Of a DNA stretch of 64,000 bases, positions 48,459-56,871 are shown piece after piece; position 1 is the first letter of the stretch, and each line of letters begins with the position of its first letter. Both the position numbers and the translations under genes were made by a program. This DNA comes from Anaerolineae bacterium (GTDB taxonomy: Bacteria; Chloroflexota; Anaerolineae; S140-20): assembly GCA_027021705.1 (NCBI GenBank), contig JALUTT010000152.1, forward strand, positions 1-64,000, given 5' to 3'. The notes under the pieces are model-generated. The model was not told the origin of the DNA. It searched no databases and saw only the letters and a list, made by a program, of their open reading frames with translations.

Positions 48459-51065
48459 CTACGGGTGGTTGCGCAGGACCAGCGGGAGGAAGGTCTGGTA
48501 GGCGGTGGCCAGGTCTCCCACCTCAGTCCGGTAGAGCCCGTAGTCCGTACCTACGAAGAGGTAGGTGGTGTCGGCTTCGGCAGCAGCCCGGCGGACCTCG
48601 GCGGCGTTGAGCAGGGCGACCTGCCCGGCCCCCTCGGCCTTGGGCAGCATCACCGTGCCGCCCGAGACCACCAGCCGGGCCCCGATCCCGTAGCGCCCGG
48701 CACTGTCGTAGGGGAAGACGGTGAAGTAGTCCACCCCGCCGGAGAGGGAGGCGGTGTAGCTGGTGGAGGCCGCCGTGAGCGTGACCACCGCGTTCCCCTC
48801 CACGGAGGTGCGAGGCGGCGCCGTCGTGCTGTGGCGGATGTGGACGCCTTGGAACCGAGGGCCTGTCGGGTTGGTCCAGCTCAGCACCACCTGTCCTCCC
48901 GTCACCGTCCCCGTCAGGTTCGACACCGGCGCGGGGGGCAGGATGGGCAGGAGGATGCGCTGGATGGGCTCGGCCGCGGCCGCGGGCGGGCTGGTGAGCT
49001 GAACCCAGTGGAGGCCGCCGTCCTTGGAGTAGAAGACGCGGGTGCGGGAGGCGGCGAAGATGATGTTGCGGAGGGCCGGGTGGACGGCGATGGCCTGGAA
49101 GGCCCCGTCACCTCCCGGCGGCGTGCGGTCCTCCCACGAAAGGCCCCCGTCGGTGGAGCGGTAGAGGCGCGGGTTGGGGCCTCCGGTGCCAACCCAGATG
49201 TGCTGGGGATCGTTGGGGTCAACGGCCAGGCCCTCCACGGAGGCGGTGATGGGGTTGGTGATCGTGGCCAGGAGCTGCCAGCTTCCCGTGCTGGTGCGGC
49301 TGACGACCCCGCCGAACATGCCACCGCCGAAGTCGGTGTGGTTGCGGAAGTCTCCCAGGCCGGCGTAGGCCAGGCCGCCCGTGGCGAAGACCACCACCCG
49401 GGCCGGCGTGGTGTAGGGCAGGGTGCCGTAGCTGGCGCTGTAGTCGGTCGTGTGCTGGCTCCACGTCGTGCCGCCATCGGTGGACTCCCACAGCCCGCCG
49501 TAGGGCTGCTCTTGCCCTCCGCCCGGGGGGATGTGGTGGGCGCCCACGGCGGCGTAGACCCGATTGCCGTCGGCGGGGTCCACGGCGATGGTGTTGATGA
49601 AGGCGGCGCACTGACCGCTGCACCCGCTGCTCTCGATGCGGCTGCGGAGGGAGGGATTGCCCAGGTTCTGGGTCGTGTCGCCGTAATCGTCGCTGAAGAG
49701 CTCGCCCAGGAAGACCTTGCGGGTGTTGGCGGCCTCGTAATAGGGAGCCAGGGCCGCTCCGCCGAAGTGGCTCCCCACCGGCTGGGAGGGGGTGCCGGGG
49801 ACGTAGCCCAGGGGGAACTCCCACTGCTGCCCGCCGTTGAAGGAACGGCCTATCCCGCTCTTGGTGTTGACGAAGTAGAGGCCCAGGTCGCGCGGGTTCT
49901 GGGTGAAGTCCTGGACGACGACGCCGTCAATCCCCGTGTTGACGGGGAAGAAGGTGTTGCCGCCGTCGGTGCTGCGGTTGATGCCCTGGTCAATGGCCCC
50001 GAACATCGTGTAGGGCGCGGTGGGGTAGATGGCCAGGTGGCTGTTGCCGGCCCCGAAGCCCAGCGGCGAGAAAGTCAGGCCGTCGTCGGACCGCATCCCG
50101 CCGGCGTAGACGGTCTGGGTGAGGACCGGGTGGAAGACGATGTAGCCCACGCCGGCCGCGTTGCTGTAGAGCTGGGTCCAGGAGACGCCTCCGTCGTCGC
50201 TGCGGTAGAGGGCCTGCTGGCCGGTGTCTCCGGTGCCCGCGTAGACCACGCCGCTGATGTGGGGGCTGACGCCCAGGGCGGTGATGTTCTGCATCTTGTG
50301 GCTGCTGGTGACCCCGCCGCTGCTGGTGATGAAGTTGAGGGGGGCGATGGGGCTGACGTAGACCTCGTTGTCGGTGGCGGCGAAGAGCCTCCCGTTGATC
50401 TTGTCCACGGCCAGCGCGGTGACCTGGCAGCCGTGACAGGGGAGGGTCGTCGTGCTCCACGTCGCACCCCCATCCCGGCTGCGGGCCACCGTCTCGCCCG
50501 CCCCCAGTACCGTCAGGCTGCCGCTGACCACCAGCCGTGCCCAGCCGAAGATGCCGGGCGGGTAGGGGACGTTGTGCCAGGTGGTGCCCCCGTCGGCGCT
50601 GGTGATCACCCCGCGCTCGCTCACCGCCCAGACGATGCGGCCGGTGGTGTTGACGGCCAGGGCCTGGACGCTGGCGGTGTAGATCCCCTCCCAGGTGAGG
50701 CCCCCGTCGGTGCTGCGGTAGAGGCCACGCCCGGAGGTCGTGCCGGCGTAGACCGTGCCCGTCGGCGGGTTGGTGTTGGGGTCAATGGCAATGGCCGAGA
50801 CCACCGCGCCGTAGACCCCCAGGTTCTCCCACGTTCGGGTGATGATGCCCTGGGTGGCCGATGCGGGGGCTGTCGGGGCCGGCAGGGGCTCCGACCGGGC
50901 GATGCCTACGAAGGCGAGCAGGGTCAAGACCAGGGTTCCCAGGCCAAAGGCCCAGGAGAGGCCCAGATGCCCAAGCCGGCGGCCAAAGGGCAGCCCTGCT
51001 CCTCGGTGGATTCGGTTGGCCGATAACTCCTGAGACGAAACCTCCGCTGATCTTACCTCGTCCAT
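48459..51065 (-). CDS. Secreted BNR/Asp-box (VPS10-like) beta-propeller protein with FnIII-like domain and C-terminal FLPLVLR tail
   Basis: Repeated LYRSTDGG.TW Asp-boxes; ends QTFLPLVLRNHP. Confidence 0.75.
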   Translation of the reverse strand: MDEVRSAEVSSQELSANRIHRGAGLPFGRRLGHLGLSWAFGLGTLVLTLLAFVGIARSEPLPAPTAPASATQGIITRTWENLGVYGAVVSAIAIDPNTNPPTGTVYAGTTSGRGLYRSTDGGLTWEGIYTASVQALAVNTTGRIVWAVSERGVITSADGGTTWHNVPYPPGIFGWARLVVSGSLTVLGAGETVARSRDGGATWSTTTLPCHGCQVTALAVDKINGRLFAATDNEVYVSPIAPLNFITSSGGVTSSHKMQNITALGVSPHISGVVYAGTGDTGQQALYRSDDGGVSWTQLYSNAAGVGYIVFHPVLTQTVYAGGMRSDDGLTFSPLGFGAGNSHLAIYPTAPYTMFGAIDQGINRSTDGGNTFFPVNTGIDGVVVQDFTQNPRDLGLYFVNTKSGIGRSFNGGQQWEFPLGYVPGTPSQPVGSHFGGAALAPYYEAANTRKVFLGELFSDDYGDTTQNLGNPSLRSRIESSGCSGQCAAFINTIAVDPADGNRVYAAVGAHHIPPGGGQEQPYGGLWESTDGGTTWSQHTTDYSASYGTLPYTTPARVVVFATGGLAYAGLGDFRNHTDFGGGMFGGVVSRTSTGSWQLLATITNPITASVEGLAVDPNDPQHIWVGTGGPNPRLYRSTDGGLSWEDRTPPGGDGAFQAIAVHPALRNIIFAASRTRVFYSKDGGLHWVQLTSPPAAAAEPIQRILLPILPPAPVSNLTGTVTGGQVVLSWTNPTGPRFQGVHIRHSTTAPPRTSVEGNAVVTLTAASTSYTASLSGGVDYFTVFPYDSAGRYGIGARLVVSGGTVMLPKAEGAGQVALLNAAEVRRAAAEADTTYLFVGTDYGLYRTEVGDLATAYQTFLPLVLRNHP

Positions 51066-51092
51066 GCTGACAACCCTCCTTCTCAGTGATGC

Positions 51093-51253
51093 TGGTCAAC
51101 GAATGTTGAACGAATCAACGGATTGTGCTCGATTTTCCTCACCGACTCGGCTTTCTGAGAGTCCGGGGTGGTGTTGGTCAACGAATGATGAACGAATAAA
51201 CGAATAACGAATGGACCACGGGAATTCGTTTATTCGTTCTTCCATTCGTTGAC
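51093..51253. repeat. AACGAAT/ATTCGTT repeat-palindrome element
   Basis: TGGTCAACGAATG.TGAACGAAT occurs twice; inverted ATTCGTT units end in ATTCGTTGAC. Confidence 0.65.
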
Positions 51254-51355
51254 GATATTGTACCCCAAGAACGGAGGCAGCGCAACGACCGTAGCCAATC
51301 CGCTCAATCCGCTCCCCCAATCTGTTGACAGCCATCCGCTGGTGTGCGCATCTGC

Positions 51356-51407
51356 TTGACGGGATCGGGCTTTTGTGCTAGAATATCCCCCAGGGGGGGA
51401 TGGGGAT
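51356..51407 (+). promoter_or_regulatory. merA promoter with a CsoR/RcnR-type operator
   Basis: TTGACG-17 bp-TAGAAT immediately followed by ATCCCCCAGGGGGGATGGGGATA. Confidence 0.6.
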
Positions 51408-51457
51408 AGGCCGGGATTAGCAAGGGGAACAGAAAACTTGACAAATGAGGAGAGCCA

Positions 51458-53149
51458 ATGAGCTCACAACAGCGTATCGCTCTGCGCGTCGAAGGGATGA
51501 CCTGTGATTCCTGCGCCGCCCACGTCACCCGCGCCCTGCAGGGGGTGCCCGGCGTCGTCACCGTGGAGGTGCCGGGCTGGCAGTCGGCCCAGGCCCAGGT
51601 GGTGGCCGAGGCCGGCGTTCCCGACGAGGTCCTGGTTCGGGCCGTCGAGGCCGCCGGCTATCGGGCCGCCGTCCGAGAACGCCGGCCCCTCGAGCGGGAG
51701 GAGAGCCGGAGGGAGGTCCTGGGAGGCTTTCGGCTCCAGGGCCGCGGCCCCTTCGACCTGATGGTCATCGGGGGTGGGTCGGCCGGCTTCGCCGCGGCCA
51801 TCCGTGGGGCGGAGTTGGGTGCGCGGGTGGGGATGGTGAACGATGGGGCCATCGGCCTCGGCGGCACCTGCGTCAACATCGGCTGTGTCCCCAGCAAGAC
51901 CCTCATCCGCACGGCCGAGGCGTGGCACAAGGCCGGCCATCACCCCTTCACCGGGGTGCACACCCGCCAGGAGCGCCTCGACTGGTCCCAGGTTATCGCT
52001 CAGAAGGACGAGCTGGTGAGGGAGCTCCGCCAGGCCAAGTACAGCGACGTGCTCCGGGCCTATCCCCAGATCACCCTCATCGAAGGGCGGGCCCGCTTCA
52101 ACGATGATGGAACCGTCTCCGTCGGCGACGAGGTCTATCGGGCCGACAAGTACGTGATCACGACCGGGGCTCGCCCCCGCCTGCCCGACCTGCCGGGGGC
52201 CGACGAGGTCGAAGTGCTGACCAGCACCACGGCGATGGCCCTGCCAACCCAGCCCCGATCCCTCATCGTCCTGGGCGGGCGCTTCGTGGCCCTGGAGCTG
52301 GGGCAGACCTTCGCCCGCTTTGGAACCGAGGTGACGATCCTGCAACGGAGCACCCGCATCATCCCCCAGCACGAGCCGGAGATCGGCGAGGCTCTGCGGG
52401 GCTACCTGGAGGATGAAGGGCTCACCGTGGTCACCGGCGTGCGGCTGCTGGCGCTGCGGGCCGAGGGCGATGAGAAGGTGGTCGTCGCAGAGGTGAGGGG
52501 CCGGGTGCGGGAGTTTCGCGCCCAGGAGGTGATGGCCGCCCTGGGGCGCGTTCCGAACACCGACGGCCTGGGGCTCGTGGAGGCCGGCGTTGCGCTGGGG
52601 TCGAAAGGGGAGGTGCTGGTGGATGCGACGATGCAGACCTCCAATCCCGACATCTACGCAGCCGGCGACGTCACGGCCCTGGCCAACTACGTCTACGTGG
52701 CCGCGATGGGGGGGGTGATCGCGGCCGAGAACGCCCTGACCGGCACCCAGCGGCGTCTGGACCTGTCGGTGCTGCCGGAGGTGATGTTCACCGATCCCCA
52801 GGTGGCCACCGTGGGGCTGACCGAAGCCCAGGCCCGCCGGCTGGGCCACCAGGTCAAGACCGTCGTCCTGCCCCTGGAGCACGTGCCCCGGGCGCTGGCG
52901 GCGCGGGATACGCGGGGGCTGATCAAGGTGGTTGCCGACCAGGCGACGGACCGGCTGCTGGGGGTCCACCTGCTGGCCGCCGAGGCCGGCGAGGTGGTCC
53001 AGACGGCCGCGATGGCCCTGCGGTACGGGGCCCGGGTGGCCGACCTGACGCAGATGCTCTTCCCCTACCTGACGATGGTGGAGGGGCTGAAGCTGGCGGC
53101 CCTGGCCTTCGAGAAGGACGTGACCAAGTTGAGTTGCTGCGCGGGGTAG
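51458..53149 (+). CDS. merA: Mercury(II) reductase
   Basis: NmerA GMTCDSC; GGGSAG; GGTCVNIGCVPSK; FPYLTMVEGLKL; C-terminal LSCCAG. Confidence 0.95.
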   Translation: MSSQQRIALRVEGMTCDSCAAHVTRALQGVPGVVTVEVPGWQSAQAQVVAEAGVPDEVLVRAVEAAGYRAAVRERRPLEREESRREVLGGFRLQGRGPFDLMVIGGGSAGFAAAIRGAELGARVGMVNDGAIGLGGTCVNIGCVPSKTLIRTAEAWHKAGHHPFTGVHTRQERLDWSQVIAQKDELVRELRQAKYSDVLRAYPQITLIEGRARFNDDGTVSVGDEVYRADKYVITTGARPRLPDLPGADEVEVLTSTTAMALPTQPRSLIVLGGRFVALELGQTFARFGTEVTILQRSTRIIPQHEPEIGEALRGYLEDEGLTVVTGVRLLALRAEGDEKVVVAEVRGRVREFRAQEVMAALGRVPNTDGLGLVEAGVALGSKGEVLVDATMQTSNPDIYAAGDVTALANYVYVAAMGGVIAAENALTGTQRRLDLSVLPEVMFTDPQVATVGLTEAQARRLGHQVKTVVLPLEHVPRALAARDTRGLIKVVADQATDRLLGVHLLAAEAGEVVQTAAMALRYGARVADLTQMLFPYLTMVEGLKLAALAFEKDVTKLSCCAG

Positions 53150-53152
53150 GGC

Positions 53153-54040
53153 CTACGGAGGGGCATCCAGGCCCAGGTACTCGACGATGGCCTGAAGGAA
53201 GGTCTCCAGCACCTCGATGCGGTGGGGCAGCGTTCGATGCACCTCGCGGGGGTCCACCCGCCAGTAGATGTGGACGAGCAGGTTGCGGAAGCGGGCCATA
53301 TCGGCCATCACGTCGGCCACGTCCGGCGGGAGGATTCCCCCTCGGGCCAGGCTCTGGAAGACGGAAGCGTAGTCCTCGGCGATGGGAAGCCCCAGCGTGG
53401 CGATGAGGTGATTGCCGATGTTCAGGCAGCACTCGGTGGCCGTCTGGAGCCGTCGTTCCACAACGTCCTGGGCGTCGCTATCGGCCAGGTAGGCTGCTTC
53501 GGAGAGCCGGGCTTTCTCCCGGAGCTTGCGCAGGTCGGCGTCGAGCCGGCGGAGCTGTTCCAGGACCTTCTCACGGTTCACGGCCATAGCAGCCCCTTTC
53601 GGTTGTCGGAGCTGGCGGACGAAAGCCGCCAATGCCTCCTGCTTCAGGCGGCGGGCTTCGGGGTAGAGGGCGAGGACCCGCTCACGGAAGGCGGCCTCAC
53701 CCCCGCCATCGGCGGGGGAAAGCCGTCGTCCCTCCGTGAGCACGGTAAAGGCCAGGGTAGGGGGGGCCTGGCGCAAGTTGATCAGCGTGAAGTCATCGCT
53801 CTCCAGAAGGCGGCTCAGCCGGCGATAGAGGGTCTGGTCCAGGACCTCCATCGCTTCCCGGTCCAGGGCTTCCAAGGGAAGGTAGGCCAGGTCCAGGTCA
53901 CTCAGGGGAGTGGCTTCCTCACGGCTGTAGGAGCCGAACAGGAAGAGGACGAGCCGGTCGGCCAGGTCGGCCGCCAGCGCTTCCAGCAGGGGAAGTTTCT
54001 CCCGGTAAAGGGGTCGGGTTCTCTGAAGCTTGTGGACCAT
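53153..54040 (-). CDS. Fused MntA-type nucleotidyltransferase + HepT (HEPN/DUF86) RNase
   Basis: FGSY(x9)DLD MNT motif in frame with RNLLVHIY (RX4HXY); second start possible at 53587. Confidence 0.8.
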   Translation of the reverse strand: MVHKLQRTRPLYREKLPLLEALAADLADRLVLFLFGSYSREEATPLSDLDLAYLPLEALDREAMEVLDQTLYRRLSRLLESDDFTLINLRQAPPTLAFTVLTEGRRLSPADGGGEAAFRERVLALYPEARRLKQEALAAFVRQLRQPKGAAMAVNREKVLEQLRRLDADLRKLREKARLSEAAYLADSDAQDVVERRLQTATECCLNIGNHLIATLGLPIAEDYASVFQSLARGGILPPDVADVMADMARFRNLLVHIYWRVDPREVHRTLPHRIEVLETFLQAIVEYLGLDAPP

Positions 54041-54095
54041 TGGGTAGCCCTCGCTGCCCGTATTGTACCTTCTGTGGGCTTTCCAGTCAACCGGC

Positions 54096-54236
54096 GAGTG
54101 AGCGAGAGAGTGGTCCATAGCAGGCCGTCCACGAATTTCTCACAAATGCACGAATGAGGCGGTCCTTAATTCGTGTATTCGTGCCCCATTCGTGGACGGC
54201 TAGTCTCTCTATCTCCAAAGATATGGGTAATCACCG
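54096..54236. mobile_element. Copy D of the 155-bp element (left terminal repeat missing)
   Basis: Near-identical interior and right terminal repeat TGGGTAATCACCG. Confidence 0.75.
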
Positions 54237-54250
54237 GAACCGGTTAGGAG

Positions 54251-54384
54251 CGGTGATGACCCACGAGTGAGCGAGGGAACGGGCCGTGGTGGGCCGTCCG
54301 CGAATCCTCACGAATGCACGAATGGGTCGGACTCTAGTCCGTGTATTCGTGCCCCATTCGTGGACGGCTATCCCGATAATCACC
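54251..54384. mobile_element. Diverged copy E of the 155-bp element
   Basis: CGGTGATGACCCA...GTGTATTCGTGCCCCATTCGTGGACGGC...TAATCACC. Confidence 0.65.
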
Positions 54385-54407
54385 AAGGTTAGGAGGGAGG
54401 TGTGCGT

Positions 54408-55145
54408 ATGAAGGAGCGAACGGGCTGGAGCTGGAGTCTGGGGGGCTCCGTGATCGCCAGTCTCTGCTGCTTTGGGCCGGCGGTGGCCGCCCTCGTCGGC
54501 GTCGGTGGGGCCTCATTCCTGCTGGGCCTGACGCGCTACCGGCTGCCGCTGCTGATCATCGGCCTGGGCTTCGCCCTCCTGGGGGTGGGCATGGCCCTGC
54601 GCCAGAGCGCCCGGACTTGTGACCGGGAGCAGCACCGGCGCAACCTGTGGCGCTTCCCCACGGTGACGCTGATCACCTTTGTGGCGACCTATGGTCTGCT
54701 GACCTACGTCTTTCCCGTGGCCGTCTACAACGTCCTGGGGGCTACGTCGGGGATCCGGGAAGTACGGTCGGAGCGTCCGGCGGCTCCTGCGCCGGCCTCG
54801 CCATCCCAGCTTCCCGACGATGCCGCGCCGAGCCGCTCCGCCCCGGCGCAGGAGGCCCTGCCGCTGTCGCAGGAAGGGCCGGCGCCGGCAACGCCTACGC
54901 CGGAGGCAGGACTGCGGCGGGTGACCCTGGCCGTCAGCGGGATGACCTGAAGCGGCTGCGTGGCTGCCGTGCGCAGCATCCTCCTGCAGCAGCCGGGCGT
55001 CGTCGAGGCCGGGGCCGACTTGCGGCGACAGCAGGGATGGGCGGTCTACGACCCGGCCCGGATCGCGCCCCAGGATCTGGCCGATGCCCTCTCGCCCTAC
55101 TATCCGAGCCGGGTGGTCGAAGACCGGCCCTACACAGAGCAGTGA
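54408..55145 (+). CDS. MerT-like transporter fused to an HMA/MerP domain with in-frame TGA at 54948-54950 (probable selenocysteine; alternatively a nonsense mutation)
   Basis: ASLCCFGP MerT motif and 3 TMs; VTLAVSGMT-TGA-SGCVAAVRSIL..PGV..A..VYDP continues in frame. Confidence 0.75.
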
Positions 55146-55158
55146 GCGAGGAGGAAAG

Positions 55159-55494
55159 ATGTCCGACGTGACGACCAAGCTGATCGTTCGCGCCCCGGCG
55201 GCGACGGAGACGAAGGTCTACCTGACGCCGGAGGTGGAGAAGAACCTGGATGTCCGGCTGGCCCGCATCGAGGGGCACGTCCGCTCCATCCGCCGGATGC
55301 TGGCGGAACATCAGGACTGCAATAGCCTGCTGATCCAGATGGCGGCGGTCCGGGCGGCGATGACCCAGGCGATGGCCAAGCTGCTGGAAGGGCACATCGA
55401 GACTTGCGTGACCGAGTGCGTGGCGACCGAGGAAGGGGCAGATGCCCTGGCCGGCCTGAAGAAGGCCCTGGCCATCGTGCTCAAGAGCACGTAG
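55159..55494 (+). CDS. CsoR/RcnR family metal-sensing repressor
   Basis: RLARIEGHVRSI..M...C..LL.Q..AV...H...C (x-C-H-C fingerprint); RBS GAGGAG. Confidence 0.9.
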   Translation: MSDVTTKLIVRAPAATETKVYLTPEVEKNLDVRLARIEGHVRSIRRMLAEHQDCNSLLIQMAAVRAAMTQAMAKLLEGHIETCVTECVATEEGADALAGLKKALAIVLKST

Positions 55495-55680
55495 GGCGGT
55501 CGGCGGGCGACGAGGGGCGGGGGTACCGGTGAGCGGATCGGCGGGGCTGATCTATCAGGAGGGGCTTGCTAGGGAAAGACAACCGCGCTGAGGGAGCCGC
55601 GGGGCCGATTCTGGGAACCCGAAGGCCCTCGCTTCTCAGCGCGGAAGGGTCGCATTGGATTGGCCTTTCTGTGGCTTCGG

Positions 55681-56127
55681 TTAGGCGGGAGCCTCCTCGG
55701 TCCCTGCCTTTTCCCCTTCAGCTTTGCTTATCAGTTCCTCGCGCTTGCGGGCGGCTGCCTTCTTGCCCTCCTCGATGGCCTCCTGGACCCGCTCCTTCTG
55801 CTGCTGGACGACGATCTTACCCCGTTCCTGGACCTCCTCGACGCGCTGGCGGGCTTCGGTGGCCAGTTCCTCGGCCTTCTGACGGGCTTCGGCTGCCGCT
55901 TCCTCGGCCCGTTTGCGGGCCTCGGCCGCCGCCTCTTCAGCCCGCTTGCGGGCCTCTTCTTTCAGCGTTTCCGCCCGGGTGCGGAGTTCGATGCTGCGCT
56001 CCCGCAGGCGGGCCCGAGTTTCCTCCCCTGACTGAGGGGCCAGGATCAACGCTGTGGCTGCCCCTACCAGCGCTCCCACCACGAAGCCGGCCAGAAAGGC
56101 TCCGACATCTCCCGTATGCTCACTCAT
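55681..56127 (-). CDS. YtxH domain protein
   Basis: FLAGFVVGALVGAATALILAPQSGEETR; AEEAAAEARK repeats. Confidence 0.88.
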   Translation of the reverse strand: MSEHTGDVGAFLAGFVVGALVGAATALILAPQSGEETRARLRERSIELRTRAETLKEEARKRAEEAAAEARKRAEEAAAEARQKAEELATEARQRVEEVQERGKIVVQQQKERVQEAIEEGKKAAARKREELISKAEGEKAGTEEAPA

Positions 56128-56147
56128 TGTACACCTCCTGTTCGCTC

Positions 56148-56402
56148 TCACGAGTAAGTCCGGTCTCCCACGGTCATCCTGTCCATAGGGCGGAGCAAGG
56201 CGATGGGCACCATCTCCGCCAAAGTAGGCGTATAGAAGGATATGTAAAGGGTGTCGCTTAGTTCGTCATAATCTAGAACAAATGTTTCGTCGTTCATCTC
56301 TGGGTGGTTGGTAGGAGCTGTAATGTGCTCCCACCGTTCATAAGTGAGATAAATTGCATTGCCGTAACGGTCATAAACCGTCCATCGTCGCCCGCCGGTC
56401 AT
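56148..56402 (-). pseudogene. Probable chimeric remnant of a toxin-antitoxin pair
   Basis: Lower GC; IYLTYERWEHI..HPEM joined to YDELSDTLYISF (DUF2283-like). Confidence 0.4.
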
Positions 56403-56439
56403 AGGCTTCCTGCGGTTCTGGGGGTGGGCGGTTGCGATG

Positions 56440-56859
56440 TTACTTGCGGCGAGGGGCGAGGCGGATGAGGACTTGGAGGGCCCGGCGTGCCCCCGCCGCG
56501 TAGCTGGCGGCCGTGATGGCGGGAGAGGTGACCTGCCGGCTGACGAACTCGGTGGTCCCTTTCACCGTGTTCAAGGTCTCATTCGTCGTGCGCAGGATCG
56601 GTCGGACCTCCTCGCGCAGCATCCGAGTCAGCGTCCAGAGCTGGTAGACCAGGATGGCCAGCAGGGTGAGGATAATCAGGCTTTCCACCGCCAGCACGAT
56701 GATGAAGAGGTCGCGGATGGTCGCCGTCGTCTCCGGGTGGCCCAAGAGGAAGATCACCCCCAAGACCAGCAGGATCAAAGCGACGACGACGGCGAGGATG
56801 ATCCAGGTCTTGAGAGGGATGCGCCGTTTTTTGCCTTGGGAGGAATTTCGCTCATTCAT
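56440..56859 (-). CDS. Hypothetical membrane protein
   Basis: Two TMs; IRDLFII; VKGTTEFVS; neighbour of ytxH. Confidence 0.65.
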   Translation of the reverse strand: MNERNSSQGKKRRIPLKTWIILAVVVALILLVLGVIFLLGHPETTATIRDLFIIVLAVESLIILTLLAILVYQLWTLTRMLREEVRPILRTTNETLNTVKGTTEFVSRQVTSPAITAASYAAGARRALQVLIRLAPRRK

Positions 56860-56871
56860 AGTTTCATTATA

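Noticed and set aside
48444..51026. 860-aa plus-strand ORF
   Set aside because: Antisense shadow of the BNR-repeat gene; expected in high-GC DNA and shows no motifs
54960..55145. Separate 61-aa gene
   Set aside because: It would begin after the metal-binding Cys and has no RBS; better explained as read-through of the upstream TGA
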